Of a stretch of DNA of 58,415 nt, positions 1-9,883 are shown in pieces (positions within the stretch are counted from its first letter, which is position 1; each line of letters begins with the position of its first letter). Source of the DNA: Verrucomicrobiota bacterium. GTDB lineage: Bacteria > Verrucomicrobiota > Lentisphaeria > Lentisphaerales > Lentisphaeraceae. The DNA is taken from NCBI GenBank assembly GCA_039798785.1, contig JBDKFG010000062.1, forward strand, positions 1 to 58,415, read 5' to 3'. A program made the translations under genes and the position numbers. Under the pieces are notes generated by a model. That model saw only the letters and a program-made list of their open reading frames with translations. It searched no databases and was not told the origin of the DNA.

Positions 1-83
1 GATCCCATTCCGAACTCGGAAGTAAAGGGCCCTGGCGCCGATGGTACTGCGTGAAGATCGTGGAAGAGTAGGTAGCTGCCAGC
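1..83 (+). rRNA. rrf: 5S rRNA, 3' portion (truncated by window start)
   Basis: Conserved 5S motifs CCCATTCCGAAC-TCGGAAGT, GCCGATGGTACTG and GAGTAGGT..CTGCC. Confidence 0.95.
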
Positions 84-93
84 CTTTATTTTT

Positions 94-132
94 AAGCCCC
101 CTGAGGATTCTCAGCGGGCTTTTTTATTTTTT
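94..132 (+). terminator. Rho-independent terminator of the rRNA operon
   Basis: Stem AAGCCC-C-CTGAG/CTCAG-C-GGGCTT followed by a long T tract. Confidence 0.85.
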
Positions 133-251
133 AAGCTTCGGAACAATCTTCTTGGGAGAGCACGACCTGGAACGCGGATTGCGTAGAAAAAGCCTTGGAA
201 CGATCTATGCTTCAAGAGACGACGCAACAGTTGAAACGGCAGGAATCCGGA

Positions 252-572
252 ATGGCGAGACTAGCGATAGCTCAACTTCAGCCTGGCATGACCGTGATGG
301 AGAATGTCATGACTCCACGTCAAATGTTGCTTTTGCCAGCTGGTGCCGTCTTGAGTGAAACGCATCTTACGACTTTCCGGACATGGGGAATTCGTGAAGT
401 GATGGTGGATGCCGAGGACCCCAATGCCGTGGCGCCAGTCGTCGATGCCAAGGTTGACGCGGCTCAAGAGGAGGCGGTCCGGGAGCGCTTTGCGCATGCT
501 GACCTGAGTAAACCCTTGGCGGCAGCCTTACTGGCGGCTGCGTTGAAACAAGGGGCTGTGAAAAGCTCATGA
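252..572 (+). CDS. Small protein resembling the N-terminal module of HD-GYP/HDOD partner proteins
   Basis: LQPGMTVMENV...LLLPAGAVLSETHL...WGIREV pattern; its stop overlaps the HDOD start (ATGA). Confidence 0.7.
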   Translation: MARLAIAQLQPGMTVMENVMTPRQMLLLPAGAVLSETHLTTFRTWGIREVMVDAEDPNAVAPVVDAKVDAAQEEAVRERFAHADLSKPLAAALLAAALKQGAVKSS

Positions 573-1423
573 ATAGTCAAGCCCAGGCACTGGTTGATTC
601 GGTGAAGGATCTCGGGACATTGCCGGAGGTTTACTCCAAGGCCAATGAACTGATCAACGATCCCTCGAGTTCGGCTCAGGATCTGGCCAAGGTCATTGTC
701 AACGACCAAGTCTTGACTTCTCGTCTGCTGCGACTGGTCAATTCAGCGCTTTACGGTTTTCCTCAGCATATCGACAGCGTGTCTCGGGCGATCACGATTG
801 TCGGATTCCGTCAAACCCGCGATTTAGTGATGGGGGTTTCGATCATCGGTAAGTTTTCCAAGTCGACGAGCGGCTTGATGGACATGAAGGCGTTTTGGCA
901 CCACAGTCTGGCGACGGCAGCGGCGGCGAAGATCTTGGCGGAGGCGAAGCGGCATCGCAGTGTCGAGGTGATGTTTTCAGCCGGATTGATGCATGACATC
1001 GGCAGACTTGTGATTATTGAGAGCGGCAATCGCCTGCCGGTGGCGGAGCTGCTGAGGACGGCGGCCGAATCGAAGATGCCGCTGCACAAGCTGGAGCGTC
1101 GTCTCCTCGGTTTCACACATGCTGAAGTTGCTGAGGCTCTGTTCATGAAATGGAATCTGCCGCCCGTCCTTCGTGAGGCGGTGGCCTACCACCATTTGCC
1201 GGGTATGGCGCCTCGGTTTAAGGAGGAGGCGCTGATCACACATTATGGCGACTGTTTTGCCCATGCCCTGGGCCTAGGTGCTGCGGGAGACAATTATTTG
1301 CAGCAGCCTGATGAAGAGAACTGGAGTGCATTCAGCGCCGGGATGGCGCCGATACCGGATCTGGCCCAAAAAGTCGCGGCCGCGACACCGGAATTGATCA
1401 ACATCTTCTTCCCTGAACACTAA
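569..1423 (+). CDS. HDOD domain protein
   Basis: LPEV, DQVLTSRLLRLVNSALYG, FWHHS, GLMHDIG, THAEV and YHH motifs. Confidence 0.92.
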   Translation: MNSQAQALVDSVKDLGTLPEVYSKANELINDPSSSAQDLAKVIVNDQVLTSRLLRLVNSALYGFPQHIDSVSRAITIVGFRQTRDLVMGVSIIGKFSKSTSGLMDMKAFWHHSLATAAAAKILAEAKRHRSVEVMFSAGLMHDIGRLVIIESGNRLPVAELLRTAAESKMPLHKLERRLLGFTHAEVAEALFMKWNLPPVLREAVAYHHLPGMAPRFKEEALITHYGDCFAHALGLGAAGDNYLQQPDEENWSAFSAGMAPIPDLAQKVAAATPELINIFFPEH

Positions 1424-1439
1424 CCCAATCAAGATCCCA

Positions 1440-3917
1440 ATGAATCAGCCCACTCCCCAAGAAAAGCTCGCGCTGATGGAAGCCCGTCAGCAACGCATCG
1501 TCCAGGCCTTGGAGATGATGGCCGAGGCAGGTGAGTTTCAAAAGGAGGCGGAGGCGGCGGGAGATCAACGCAGCCTCTACAAGGCGGCGGCGAGGCGCGT
1601 GGAGATTGTGGTTGACGCCAGGGCGCAGGTGTGGATCGAGCTGTCAGCTGCAACCCTGGATCTTGCTCCGGTGCATTACCATCCCGAATCATGCCGTGAA
1701 GAGATGAAGCAGTTGATCAACCGGCTTCGAGACGATGGCTCTATCGCAATGGCTTTGTCGCGGCCGGGGCCGCTGCTGCTTCCGGGGGGGGGGCAGCAGG
1801 CGACTCTGATCATCCAAGCATTGGAATCCAGGAATGAAATCCTCGGCCTGCTGATCGCCAGCACAGCGGTTCCGGCGGAAACCATCCACCAGGCTGAACT
1901 TCTGGTCCTCAATGCCACGCTCACTTCGACAGCCCTAGCATTGGAGAACACCCGCCTCACCCGTCAGTTGCTCGCAGCGAAGGCGAACCTGACCCAGGAG
2001 GTGGCACTCAAGACTGTTCATTTGCGTGAAGCTTTGAGCGCGGCTGAACTCGCTTCGAAGGCGAAGAGCGACTTCCTCGCGGCGATGAGCCATGAGCTCC
2101 GAAATCCCCTGCATGCCATCAGCGGCAGCTTGGAGATCCTAGGCCCGGAAGTGCGGAATCAGGTGTCCCTCAAATCTGCTGCGTCGGCTTGCCGACGGCT
2201 GACCGCGATCGTTGATGACATCCTGGACTGGACCAAGCTGGAAGCAGGAAGCATTCAGATCCAGGTGACACCTTTTGACCCCGTCTGCTTGACCGAGGAG
2301 GCCTGTGAAATCATCCGTGACCTCGCCCGTGAGAAAAAGATCGATTTTCATTGCAGCATCGACACGGCGCTGGCCGGCGGAGTCATCGGCGACCGGAGGC
2401 GAATCCTGCAGATTCTCGGGAACCTCCTGAGCAATGCAGTCAAGTTCACCGAGTCGGGAAGTATCCGTCTGAGCCTCCGGTCGGGGCCGGCTGGCAGTCT
2501 GCTTTTCTCCGTCCAGGACAGTGGCATCGGCATCCCCGAGGACAAGCAGCAGAGCATCTTCCTGCCTTTTCAGCAGCAGGAAGGCGGCTTCGCCCGCCGT
2601 CACGGAGGATCCGGCCTGGGCCTGGCCTTGTGCGGCAGCCTTGCACGGATGATGGGGGCCAGCATTTCCGTCAATTCGCGTCCAGGGAAAGGCTCGACAT
2701 TCACTCTTGAAATCGCCTGTCCACCGGCTCCCGATTTCGTCGGCCTTGGGATGCCGAAATTGCAGGGGCGGAGCGCTGCCTTGCTTGGGCTTGATGCCGA
2801 CACCTGGATAGCCGCAAGTTCCTGGCTGGAATATGCAGGGATGTCGATTCACACACTCCAGCCGGACTCGCCTCTTGCCGGCACCTCTCGCCCCGACCTG
2901 CTCATCGCCGACGACTCTGTCGCGCCGGGAGAGATTCTCCGGATCTATGCCGCGATCGCAGCAAAGCGTCTGGTCATCGTCCGTGGGCATGGTGTCCTCG
3001 CGACGCAGCTTAGCTCGGTCACTTCAGGGGAGATCTTCCGGCCGCTCCGGCGAGGCGATCTCTGGGATGCCGCAGCCGGCCGTCTGGCTTCGCCTTCTGA
3101 CGTCCCCCTCAAGTTTCGCTTGCCAGAGGGCTGTGAGGGGCGCATTCTGGTGACTGATGACGATTCGACCAATCGCGACATTGCACAGCACATGCTCAAC
3201 CGATTGGGACTGCAGGTCAGCCTGGCGGCGAGCGGAGCGGCGGCGGTTGAAGCGACTTCGATCCAGCGTTTCGACCTGATTCTGATGGATTGCCACATGC
3301 CGGGCATGGACGGGCTTGAGGCTACGATGTTGATCCGTCAGAACGAAGCGGCTTTGGGCTTGCGTCGGACTCCGATCATCGCCTTCACAGCCGACGTGGT
3401 CAACGTCGAATCGCGTCTGGCTGAAGTCGGAATGGAAGGCATTCTTTCAAAGCCAGCGCGCATCGACGACCTGCTGGCGATTTTGAAGCGCTGGGTCGGG
3501 AAGCTGCCCGAGGGGCTGCAGGTCGAAGCTCGAGCTCCAGCTGCTCCCCGGCGTCCGGCGGCCGATGCGGAGCTGCCGAAGGAGCATCTCGATCTCTCAG
3601 TGCTGCAGACTCTGATCGGCGGGCCCGATCCGGACTTCGAGAGGATGCTGCTGCGCGAGTTCGACAGCAAGGCACAGACCCAGATTTCCGAGTTGACCGA
3701 GGCTTTGGTCGAGAAGGACATCAAGCGGGCGGCGATGATTGCGCACACCTTGAAGGGCAGCAGCGGCAACGTCGGAGCGCGCCGTCTATATTCACTCGCC
3801 TTGAAGATCGAGACTACGATCAAGGCCGAGTCGTTGGAAGAGGCCAAGAGCCAGGTCATTGATCTTGCCGACGAATATCTGGCGCTTTCCGCCGAGATTC
3901 ATCGACTCTATCCCTGA
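1440..3917 (+). CDS. Hybrid sensor histidine kinase (GAF-like, HisKA, HATPase, degenerate REC, REC, Hpt)
   Basis: MSHELRNPL H-box, NLLSNAVKFT, DSGIG, GSGLGL, LMDCHMP, Hpt AHTLKGSSGNVGA. Confidence 0.93.
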   Translation: MNQPTPQEKLALMEARQQRIVQALEMMAEAGEFQKEAEAAGDQRSLYKAAARRVEIVVDARAQVWIELSAATLDLAPVHYHPESCREEMKQLINRLRDDGSIAMALSRPGPLLLPGGGQQATLIIQALESRNEILGLLIASTAVPAETIHQAELLVLNATLTSTALALENTRLTRQLLAAKANLTQEVALKTVHLREALSAAELASKAKSDFLAAMSHELRNPLHAISGSLEILGPEVRNQVSLKSAASACRRLTAIVDDILDWTKLEAGSIQIQVTPFDPVCLTEEACEIIRDLAREKKIDFHCSIDTALAGGVIGDRRRILQILGNLLSNAVKFTESGSIRLSLRSGPAGSLLFSVQDSGIGIPEDKQQSIFLPFQQQEGGFARRHGGSGLGLALCGSLARMMGASISVNSRPGKGSTFTLEIACPPAPDFVGLGMPKLQGRSAALLGLDADTWIAASSWLEYAGMSIHTLQPDSPLAGTSRPDLLIADDSVAPGEILRIYAAIAAKRLVIVRGHGVLATQLSSVTSGEIFRPLRRGDLWDAAAGRLASPSDVPLKFRLPEGCEGRILVTDDDSTNRDIAQHMLNRLGLQVSLAASGAAAVEATSIQRFDLILMDCHMPGMDGLEATMLIRQNEAALGLRRTPIIAFTADVVNVESRLAEVGMEGILSKPARIDDLLAILKRWVGKLPEGLQVEARAPAAPRRPAADAELPKEHLDLSVLQTLIGGPDPDFERMLLREFDSKAQTQISELTEALVEKDIKRAAMIAHTLKGSSGNVGARRLYSLALKIETTIKAESLEEAKSQVIDLADEYLALSAEIHRLYP

Positions 3918-3963
3918 GATGGATGGCGCTTAATTCAAGTTTTTATGGGTGAGGAATTCAGGC

Positions 3964-5412
3964 TCAAGCCTCGCCGTTTTCGATTCCCAGTTCTTGGAGG
4001 CGGCGGTGCAAGGTGCGGCGCGACATGCCGAGGAGCTTGGCCGCTTCGGTGCGGCTGTTGTTGCTGCGTCTCAGGGCTTCGAGGATGAGTTGGCGTTCAT
4101 GTGTGCTGACATCGAGGCTGCGTTCGGATTGTGGGGCAGGGGAGGGGGCAGCGTTCAGGGCCGGTCGCAGGCCTTCTCCGAGGCTTGCCGGCAGATCTCC
4201 GAGATCGATGAGTTCGCCGCGGCATCGGACCACGCTGCCCTCGACGACATTGCGCAGTTCGCGGACGTTGCCCGGCCAGGAATGGCGGGCGAGGAGAGAC
4301 AAGGCGGCAGGGGTGAAGCCGCGGATCTGGCGGCGATTCTCGGTGCAGGCCTGGGCGAGAGCTGCGGCCAGGAGGCCCGGAATGTCCTCGGGCCGTTCGC
4401 GCAAGGGGGGCAGATGGACACGTATGACGTCGAGTCGGTAATAGAGATCTTCTCGGAACCTCCCGTCGTCGACCATTTTCTTCAAGTCGCGGTTGGTGGC
4501 TGCGACGATGCGGACATCGACCCGCAGGGTTTCGGTGCCGCCGACTCGTTCGAAGCTGCGGGTTTCGAGGATGCGCAGGAGTTTCACCTGGGTCGAGGGG
4601 TCGATTTCCCCGATCTCGTCGAGGAAGACAGTGCCTCCGTCTGCCGCTTCGAAGCGGCCTGCGCGTCGGCCGGTGGCGGAGGTGAAGGCGCCTTTCTCGT
4701 GGCCGAAGAGTTCCGATTCCAGCAGGTTCGGGTTGAGGGCTGCGCAGTGGACGGCGACGAAGGGAGCTGCGGCACGGTCGGAAAGGGCGTGCAGCGCTCG
4801 TGCGACGCCTTCTTTGCCGGTGCCGCTTTCGCCGCTGATCAAGACGGTGGACCGTGCGGGGGCGACGCGGCGCACCAGTTCGAAAATCTCGAGCATCGAC
4901 GAGGAGACTCCGAGCATGCCGGGGAGTCCCTCGGCGGCTCCCTGCGGCGTTTTCACGGCGACTGCGGTCGGGCGTGATTTCTGTGGAGAGGGGCCGGCGT
5001 CGATGATCACCGCCTCGGCGGCGCTCTTGGGCTGGCGCAGTCGGCTTGACTTCAGTGCTGACTTGAGCACCTCTTCGACGGCGTCGAGGTTGAGGGGCTT
5101 GGTGATGAAGTCCCAGGCTCCCGCTTTCATCGCGGCGATTCCCGTCTTCAGGTCGGCATAGGCGGTCATGATGACGCAGGGAGGCGCCTCGGGGCCGAGA
5201 TGACGCAGGCGTTCGAGGAGGCCGAGGCCGTCGAGGCCAGGCATGCGGAGGTCGGAGAGGATGACATCGGCCCGTTCGCTGCGCAGCAGACGCAGGGCGG
5301 CCTCGGCGTTTTCCGCCGTGCTGACCTGCCACTCGAGGCGAAAGCTGCGAGCCAGGCCTTCACGGGTGTTTTTTTCGTCATCGACAATCAGGAGTCTGGG
5401 CAGAGTTTTCAT
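3964..5412 (-). CDS. Sigma-54-dependent response regulator (NtrC/AtoC family)
   Basis: REC (VDDE, DLRMP), GESGTGKE, ESELFGHEKGAFTSA, FLDEIGE, WPGNVREL, Fis-type HTH; start set at MKTLPR. Confidence 0.93.
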   Translation of the reverse strand: MKTLPRLLIVDDEKNTREGLARSFRLEWQVSTAENAEAALRLLRSERADVILSDLRMPGLDGLGLLERLRHLGPEAPPCVIMTAYADLKTGIAAMKAGAWDFITKPLNLDAVEEVLKSALKSSRLRQPKSAAEAVIIDAGPSPQKSRPTAVAVKTPQGAAEGLPGMLGVSSSMLEIFELVRRVAPARSTVLISGESGTGKEGVARALHALSDRAAAPFVAVHCAALNPNLLESELFGHEKGAFTSATGRRAGRFEAADGGTVFLDEIGEIDPSTQVKLLRILETRSFERVGGTETLRVDVRIVAATNRDLKKMVDDGRFREDLYYRLDVIRVHLPPLRERPEDIPGLLAAALAQACTENRRQIRGFTPAALSLLARHSWPGNVRELRNVVEGSVVRCRGELIDLGDLPASLGEGLRPALNAAPSPAPQSERSLDVSTHERQLILEALRRSNNSRTEAAKLLGMSRRTLHRRLQELGIENGEA

Positions 5413-5568
5413 CGCTGGTCTCGGGGTTTTATCGGCCCAATCTAGCCCGAAGCCGGCCGGCGCGCCACAATGATCCGAATCTTCCTGGGCGAGAGTTTCC
5501 CTTGCAATCTTGCACATCCGGCACTTTCTTGTCCGACATCAACGATTCGAATTCCGGAGAATTCTGTC

Positions 5569-7626
5569 ATGACGCATCTCGCCTTGATTCCGATCTTCGC
5601 GCTTCTGCAAAGCCCAGCCGCGGCGGAGCCCAGGATTCAGGATGAGGCGAGGGCTTTGATACGCGAATTGCAGACGGGGAATGCCCGTCAGCGCCGCGAG
5701 GCCAAGCGGCGCCTGATCGAGTTGGGTTTCCAGGCGCGCGAAGAGGTCAGGGCCGGAATGAAGCATGCCGATCCGGAAGTGGCTGCCGCGTGCAGCTCCA
5801 TCTGGATCGAAATCGAAGCGAAGGTAGGGCCGGTGGAGATCCCTGGTCTCGCCCCCTTCATCGCTTCGCTGCGCGACAAGCGCCTCGACCAGGCCTCCTG
5901 GGGGCTGTTGTTGAAGAGCCAGGGGCCGGCGGCATTGGGACTGCTCTCGGATTATCTCAGTCTGGAATCTTTTCCGGACGAGGAGGGTCAGGAGGTTTCG
6001 CGTCGTGTCGGTCAGCACTACATCAGGTCGGAAGGGGCTTTTAGCAGGGCGCAGAAGCTTTCCGTGCTCTTCGACTCCTTGCTGGCGTCTCCGGCAAGCC
6101 TGCGGCAGTGGGCTCTCGCCAGCCCGGAGCAGAGAGCCGTCTTCCTGAAGTTCATGCATCTCCGCCAGCCGGAGATCTATCTCCGTGAAGACCGAGTCTT
6201 CCTGGAAATTCTGGCTGAGTTGGAGCCCGAGGCGCTGCTTCCCTATCTCGACCGGCAGGAAGGTCTGTTCAGCATCGAGACGGCGCGTCTCCTGCAGTCG
6301 CAGAAGGTTCTTCTCGCCCGTCTCAAGACGCAAGGGGGGAGAATCGGCAAACGGGTCATGCTGCTGCCCTTCCTGCTGGCGGAAGGCAAAGAGTCCAAGG
6401 CCAGGGCGCTTGCGGCTCTTCAGGACGATTTCTTCTCCGAAGAGCCCCATCTCCTTCGTGACTTCCTCGTGGCCCTTGGTGACGCCGGTCTGGCCGCTGA
6501 ATCCCATCGTTTCAGCTGCAGTGATGAAGGTCTCCAGAGCTGGAGGCGGCTCGTGGCGGAGATCCGGGATGGCAAGGTCGACGACATCTCCGCAGCGATC
6601 CGGGCGATCGACGGGATTGATCAGAATCAGTACAACAACCGATCTCAAAACGGGGACTTGGCTGTCGCACTTCTCGGCGACGGCGATCCAGCGAGGAGAC
6701 GGCACGCCACCTATCTCTTCAGCCATTACGATGATGATCTGTATTTTGCCGGACTTCGCTCGGAATTGCTCGGTCGCGCCCGGGTCTTCGGTCGCAACCG
6801 CCAGGGAGTGGCGCAAGTCTGCGCGGATCACTACAAGGCTACGCCGGGCGAAGCCGTCGATGCATTCAGTCGCTATCTCAATGCCTCCCTGCGTCGGGAT
6901 GCCAAGGCCGGAGACCATCTCGAAGCGGCTGTGAAAGCGGCTCCGCAATGTCTGCCGATCTTGCTGGAAAAGTTCCTGGCCTCCGCCCCCGAGGCCCGTT
7001 CGGCGGCGCTCGAGGCAGCCTTGGCGACGACGGTGAAGCAAGCCGATTTGGCCTTGTGGCTGTTGAGGCGTCTCGAGGCCGAGTCGCTGAAGATCCCCGC
7101 TCCGGTGCTGCAGAAGTGGGTCAAGGATTTCGATTTTGCTAGCGTGAACGGCAGGCACGTCTTCCTGGATCGTCTGATCCGGACCTTCGTCGAAAGCCGT
7201 CTCGATCCCGCTCTGCTCTTGCCTCATTTCCAGGAAGCTTCATTGAATCGCGCCCTCCTTCTTCTCGCCGCCAAGCAGCCCGAAGATGCCCAGGCGACCT
7301 GCCGGCAGCTCGGTGCCGAAGAGGAAATTCCCGGTCTCTTCCTTCTTGAACTCCTCGGAGGCGCCAGGAAGGAGAGCTCCGAGTCCTCGCTCCTGTCGGC
7401 TCGTGCCGGTCTGGATGGCCAGCCGGTCTGCCCGGACGTCACGGCTCTTCACGGAAGTGATTTCTGGTCCGTGGGCAAGGATCTTCGCCTCCTGATCTCC
7501 GGCGCAGCGGTCGCCCAGACTCCGTCCAAAGACCAGCAGCGCCATTATTGCAACTGCCTCGATTCCTGGGTAAAGCTGAGAGCCTTCTTCGTCGCCAGGC
7601 CGGATTTGCTTCCCGGCAAGAAATGA
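5569..7626 (+). CDS. Hypothetical exported helical-repeat protein
   Basis: Signal-like N-terminus, HEAT-like start (LIRELQTGNARQRREAKRRL...DPEV); long ORF filling the gap. Confidence 0.6.
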   Translation: MTHLALIPIFALLQSPAAAEPRIQDEARALIRELQTGNARQRREAKRRLIELGFQAREEVRAGMKHADPEVAAACSSIWIEIEAKVGPVEIPGLAPFIASLRDKRLDQASWGLLLKSQGPAALGLLSDYLSLESFPDEEGQEVSRRVGQHYIRSEGAFSRAQKLSVLFDSLLASPASLRQWALASPEQRAVFLKFMHLRQPEIYLREDRVFLEILAELEPEALLPYLDRQEGLFSIETARLLQSQKVLLARLKTQGGRIGKRVMLLPFLLAEGKESKARALAALQDDFFSEEPHLLRDFLVALGDAGLAAESHRFSCSDEGLQSWRRLVAEIRDGKVDDISAAIRAIDGIDQNQYNNRSQNGDLAVALLGDGDPARRRHATYLFSHYDDDLYFAGLRSELLGRARVFGRNRQGVAQVCADHYKATPGEAVDAFSRYLNASLRRDAKAGDHLEAAVKAAPQCLPILLEKFLASAPEARSAALEAALATTVKQADLALWLLRRLEAESLKIPAPVLQKWVKDFDFASVNGRHVFLDRLIRTFVESRLDPALLLPHFQEASLNRALLLLAAKQPEDAQATCRQLGAEEEIPGLFLLELLGGARKESSESSLLSARAGLDGQPVCPDVTALHGSDFWSVGKDLRLLISGAAVAQTPSKDQQRHYCNCLDSWVKLRAFFVARPDLLPGKK

Positions 7627-7714
7627 GCCGGCTTTCGGGATTCCCGCCTTCCACCGCGATCCAAACCCGACTTCCGCTGTAGATTGCCGCCAGCAAAATC
7701 GCCAAGGAGTCTTC

Positions 7715-8560
7715 ATGCGTCTCGCCGCTTATCTCGCCCGTTGTGGCATCGCCAGCCGCCGCGCGGCTGAACAACTTATCCTCGACGGCAAGGTCAAGGT
7801 CAACAACCGAGTCCACAAGGACCTCGCCGTACCTATCGATCCCGAAACCGATGAAGTGACTTATCGCGACCGCGTCCTCAAGGTCGTCGAAAAGGTCTAT
7901 TACGCCGTCCACAAGCCCAAGGGCTATGTCTGCACCAACAAAAAAGACGGTCAGGCGGAGGACATCGTCCTCGACCTGCTGCCGGTGCGACACCACCTCT
8001 TCACCGTCGGACGTCTCGACAAGGACTCCGAAGGTCTCATCCTGGTCACCAATGACGGCGATCTGGCCCAGATCCTGACCCACCCGAGCTTCGAGATCGT
8101 CAAGCAATATCGAGTTCTTGTCCGTGGCGACGTCAATCCTCATGTCCTTGATGACATCGAGGAGAACGGTATCCGCGCCTTTGGCGAAAACTACCGCGTC
8201 GAATCGGTCAGCATCAAGCGCGAGACTGGCGACGGCGCCGTGCTCAACTTCACCCTCACCGAAGGCAAAAACCGCGAGATCCGAAACATCTGCGAGGCAC
8301 TCGGTCTGCGCGTCCGGTCTCTGCGCCGCATCAGCGTCGCAGGCATCCGCCTCGCCCGCCTTCCGGCCGGCGCCTGGCGCCCCCTCACCTCCGGCGAAGT
8401 CAAGCAGCTAAAGAAGCTGGCTGCGGCCGGACCCAAGCCGCCACGCCGTCCCAGCCGTGAAGTCCGGGATGACTTCGTGCCCGGACGTCGTGCGTCGAAA
8501 GGGCCGCAGGGGCGCGCTCCCGGATCCGACCACGAAGGCGACTTCTTCTACGGCGGTTGA
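7715..8560 (+). CDS. rluB: rRNA pseudouridine synthase, RluB/RsuA family
   Basis: S4 domain (GIASRRAAEQLI), HKPKG, VGRLDKDSEGL, EGKNREIR. Confidence 0.88.
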   Translation: MRLAAYLARCGIASRRAAEQLILDGKVKVNNRVHKDLAVPIDPETDEVTYRDRVLKVVEKVYYAVHKPKGYVCTNKKDGQAEDIVLDLLPVRHHLFTVGRLDKDSEGLILVTNDGDLAQILTHPSFEIVKQYRVLVRGDVNPHVLDDIEENGIRAFGENYRVESVSIKRETGDGAVLNFTLTEGKNREIRNICEALGLRVRSLRRISVAGIRLARLPAGAWRPLTSGEVKQLKKLAAAGPKPPRRPSREVRDDFVPGRRASKGPQGRAPGSDHEGDFFYGG

Positions 8561-8613
8561 TCTTTCCGCCGCGGGCCTCGATCCTGCGGCGTTCATTCAG
8601 GGAGAAATGCTTC

Positions 8614-9567
8614 ATGAGCCGATTGAGCGCGGTCTACTTGGTCAGCCTGTTTATTTTTTGCGCGTCTCTCCTGCTGGCGCAATCTGGCGGCGGCAAGCCC
8701 GATCCGCAGAAGATCGCCCGTCGTGGCGCCGAACTGCGCCAAGAGAAGCTGCCCCCCGAGTGGGAAAAGATGAAGCCGCTCTTCATTCCCAAGAAAGCCG
8801 CGGTCGCAGGAGAATGGTTGGCCACACAGCCGGAACCGGGTCAGGGCCTGGCACAGTTCCAGGCTTCCTGGCGCCAACAAGTCCGTGATAGGTCCGTCGG
8901 CTTCGTCGACGTCGTCCTCATCGGGGACTTCACTCCGTCACAAAAGACCGCCCTTGCCGCCGCATGCCGTCACATCGAGGCCTGTTTTGGCGTCAAGACC
9001 CGCCAGGCCGCCAGCCTGCCCGACCACGAGGTTAAGGACGCCGGTCGCCGCAAAAATCCCTACCAGGGCCAGCTGCAGTATCACACCGACTGGCTCCATA
9101 CCCAGCTCCTCAAGCCTCGTTTGAAAAAGGATTCGATCTGCCTTCTCGGCTTCACAGCCACCGACCTTTTTCCCAAGCCGGAGTGGAATTTCGTTTTTGG
9201 TATCGCCTATCCTGCCGATCGCATCGGTCTCTGGTCGATCGCACGCAACGGCAAGGCCGATGGCACTCCTGAGGAGAGCAGAGTTTTCTTGAGGCGCACG
9301 ATCTCGACCGCAACTCATGAGACCGGACATCTCTTCGGCATGGCGCACTGCCTCGCCTATGAATGTCTGATGAACGGTGCCAATCACCGCGCTGAATCGG
9401 ATTCCAAGGCGTTGGTCTTCTGTCCCTGCTGCAGCGCCAAGATGGATTGGCTCTGGAAACTCAAGGCCGCCGAGTCTCTGCAAGCTCAGCTCAAGATCTG
9501 CCAGGAGATCGGATTGGCTGAAGAGAGCGCAATCCTGCAGGCTGAGCTGAAACTGCTGAATCAATGA
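8614..9567 (+). CDS. Archaemetzincin-family Zn metalloprotease with signal peptide
   Basis: DLFP..WNFVFG, HETGHLFGMAHC, CLMN, CPCC. Confidence 0.88.
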   Translation: MSRLSAVYLVSLFIFCASLLLAQSGGGKPDPQKIARRGAELRQEKLPPEWEKMKPLFIPKKAAVAGEWLATQPEPGQGLAQFQASWRQQVRDRSVGFVDVVLIGDFTPSQKTALAAACRHIEACFGVKTRQAASLPDHEVKDAGRRKNPYQGQLQYHTDWLHTQLLKPRLKKDSICLLGFTATDLFPKPEWNFVFGIAYPADRIGLWSIARNGKADGTPEESRVFLRRTISTATHETGHLFGMAHCLAYECLMNGANHRAESDSKALVFCPCCSAKMDWLWKLKAAESLQAQLKICQEIGLAEESAILQAELKLLNQ

Positions 9568-9568
9568 A

Positions 9569-9785
9569 CCTGAAAACCGCAGTTGAAAGGTTGGAAGGTT
9601 GAAAGGTTGTAAGATTTATCTGAAACAACAATGGGTTATGATATCCGAAGGACTCTTGGCAAAGTTCAGGATCCTCAAGTCTTTCTGGTAGCATAAATTC
9701 ATTGCTTGTTATTCTTGTTCAATTGTTTGCCTTTCAATCTTTCAACCTTTCAACCCGGTTCCGCTGCTCTACTGCGGTTTTTAGG
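9569..9785. mobile_element. MITE-like element C1: 15-bp terminal inverted repeats with nested TTGAAAGG octamer arrays
   Basis: CCTGAAAACCGCAGT (9569-9583) vs ACTGCGGTTTTTAGG (9771-9785), 14/15 complementary; octamer arrays at 9583-9614 and 9730-9753; related ends at 29881-29914 and 58246-58294. Confidence 0.6.
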
Positions 9786-9883
9786 ATGAACTGCAAATCA
9801 TGCCATCAGGCTCGTGACCCTCTCTTCCGCTATGCCGACGAGACCTCTCCAGCAGGGATACAACGACCTGTATTGATCTGAAG

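Noticed and set aside
9564..9790. ATGAA on both sides of C1 as a target-site duplication
   Set aside because: C2 also has ATGAA on its left but TTAAA on its right, so it may be element end or target preference rather than a TSD
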